From positions 9,486,001 to 9,550,000 of the forward strand of contig CM120641.1 of NCBI GenBank assembly GCA_051362555.1: a DNA stretch of 64,000 bases, written 5' to 3'. The notes beneath the pieces were generated by a model. It had not been told where the DNA came from and made no database searches. It saw only the letters and a program-made list of their open reading frames with translations. Numbering within the stretch: position 1 is the stretch's first letter; every line of letters begins with the position of its first letter. This DNA comes from Lingula anatina (lineage: Eukaryota; Animalia; Brachiopoda). The translations under genes and the position numbers were made by a program. Of the stretch, positions 62,083-64,000 are shown one piece after another.

Positions 62083-64000
62083 TATTTAACATTTAAAATT
62101 TAATCGACTTCTCAGTGGCATGATATTTTAATTTTTTTTCAATGATGAAAAATAGTCTTGTTGTTATACTTTATAGGATTACTGTAGCGACTCTTGTAAG
62201 TAATTTTTATTCAAAATATCTTTTCATTGTATGGTGAGAGTGTGAAAATGGGAAATGTAAAATTTGGGACGGTATCACATAGTACATACTGGTTTAATAT
62301 GACGAAAATGCCGCTCTTGCCAATGCCCCAATTTTCATCCTGAAATATCATTTGGTTTAAAGAATGATAACGGGTCTTGAAATTATGATAGAAAGGCTTG
62401 GTTAGTGTTTTTAAGCATGGTTAAGAAGATTCACGTAATAGATGACAACGCTGAAAAGAGTAACCATAATTATTTCATATTATAATTTCACATTTGTTCG
62501 ATTTCTGGTTGTGCTCCACCATAGAATTTTATGATAAGCCAATAAAACTAGAATCAACGTTCGAAGAATTATAAAGAATAAGAGACAGGCTTCCTACCAA
62601 AGACTTTGAGATAAGTCGCAAAAATGCTTGAAACACCTCGCGGTTCGGAACAAGACTTTTATGTTGTTATAATAACACTCAAAGAATTGCAAAAAATGCC
62701 GTTTTTCTAAATGTCGATGTTTTCTTCTGCCAAAACCGATTACTAATTTGCCAAAACTGAAGGGCGGGAGCCATTCTTTCCGCGGGCACTGTGCGCTGAG
62801 GTTTTCCTGAACAGATGTACAGAAATCGTCTCTAATTAAGCTGATAAAATTCACGCGAATCCCTGTGGTAATCTCAGTGGTGAAGTGAACGCTCACGCCC
62901 AATGGCAGAGAAAAGTGACACCAGCAAGCTGTGTAAGAGATCCGCGGTCCCCTAAGAGAGAGCACGTCATCAGCGGCAGGTATGACTATGACGTCAACGC
63001 CACGCGCTAGGTGAACAACCTTAATGATGCGGCTCAGTATATAGTCGTAAATGCTGACAACTGCGATATCCATGCCGCTTAATCCAGCTGGTATGGAATT
63101 AAAACGGCCGATATAACACCCGACTACGAATGTCGATATTAGGCCCAAAAACAGAGCCCCATTTGTGCCTTCATTTTGCTTACACCTCCCAACTTTTGCG
63201 AACGGACCTGGATTCCCACTACATCTGTCTCTACCCCACCCCCCTCAGCCCCGTCCCACCCAAATTTCCAATTTTTTCTCGAGCAGGTGACTGAGTGCGA
63301 ACAACTCGGGTTATCTTTCTTCCACCACCTTCGCCTAGCAAATTTGAAGCAACAGTCCTTCCTTTCTCCGTCCTAATTGGATCGTCTTCTACTTTGAAGT
63401 TTTACCCCATGTGCGATCCGAATGATAACACTGTCCAGAGAGATCTTACTCGCCGGGGCTTAAAAGTCGGGCAAATGTTTGGGATAGCTAAGCTCGCGAA
63501 GAAGCACGTTTTAAACACGCCGCTTAAAAGCAAAGCAAATGTTTAGATAAATGTGGTAACATGAAAGTTCAAGGCATCAACAGAAGCTGGATGCAGTCAA
63601 TTAACTAATGTACAGATAACGCAAACGCGATGAGGCTTTTAAAGGAGCATTAACTTGACGCGAACCAGCTGTCTGTCTGGTATACCTGCCATGTTACAAA
63701 AGAGTTAACAATCCCGTTCCCCCTCCCATAAAAAGGTACTGAGCGATTTTTCAGCTGTGTTAATGAAATAACTGGAGTTTTATCCCCTTCCTTATCATCG
63801 GCAGGGATTACTAAACCAAGAAAAATGCTCTTTCCCAAAATAACGTTATCTTTATTAAGCCTAAAAAACATTTTCTCTTTCAGTTTCAATTCAAACTTTC
63901 ATAAAAGCAACGGCCTCATTTTTCTTTTCTGTTTTGTAGTTATAATTTTTGTACAAATTTTACTTTTAAAAATAATTCATAAATATCTTTTTTTTTCAAA

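Noticed and set aside
62594-63148. 184-aa minus-strand ORF
   Set aside because: Non-ATG start, no motifs, no convincing exon context.
1-64000. CRISPR arrays, tRNA/rRNA, known miRNAs, operon-like systems
   Set aside because: Eukaryotic spliced locus; none recognised by eye (an Rfam/miRBase search would be needed to exclude small RNAs).

Overview
AT-rich eukaryotic (invertebrate animal; BMP2/4 sequence looks lophotrochozoan/mollusc-like, which is inference) genomic DNA with three spliced genes. (1) The 3' part of a + strand receptor tyrosine kinase (16 exons read by hand, ~918 aa in the window: FN3-like repeats, Pro-rich stalk, TM, Torso/RET/FGFR-type kinase, acidic tail), whose last intron is ~20.2 kb. 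(2) BMP2/4 (dpp) on the - strand (413 aa, 2 coding exons plus a predicted 5' non-coding exon), tail-to-tail with the RTK. (3) A tandem, same-strand GDF1/3 (univin/Vg1)-like gene (413 aa, 2 coding exons). Also present: two Harbinger/Tourist-like palindromic MITEs, a fold-back mariner relic, a 1030-bp tandem duplication and microsatellites. Highlights: the BMP2/4-univin pair, a spliced uORF whose stop overlaps the BMP2/4 ATG, an exact GGCGCC-N5-GTCTG Smad/Schnurri element inside BMP2/4 itself, a CTCF-like motif in the giant intron and a sharp CpG-poor to CpG-rich switch near 31 kb. Most short ORFs in the track are noise.
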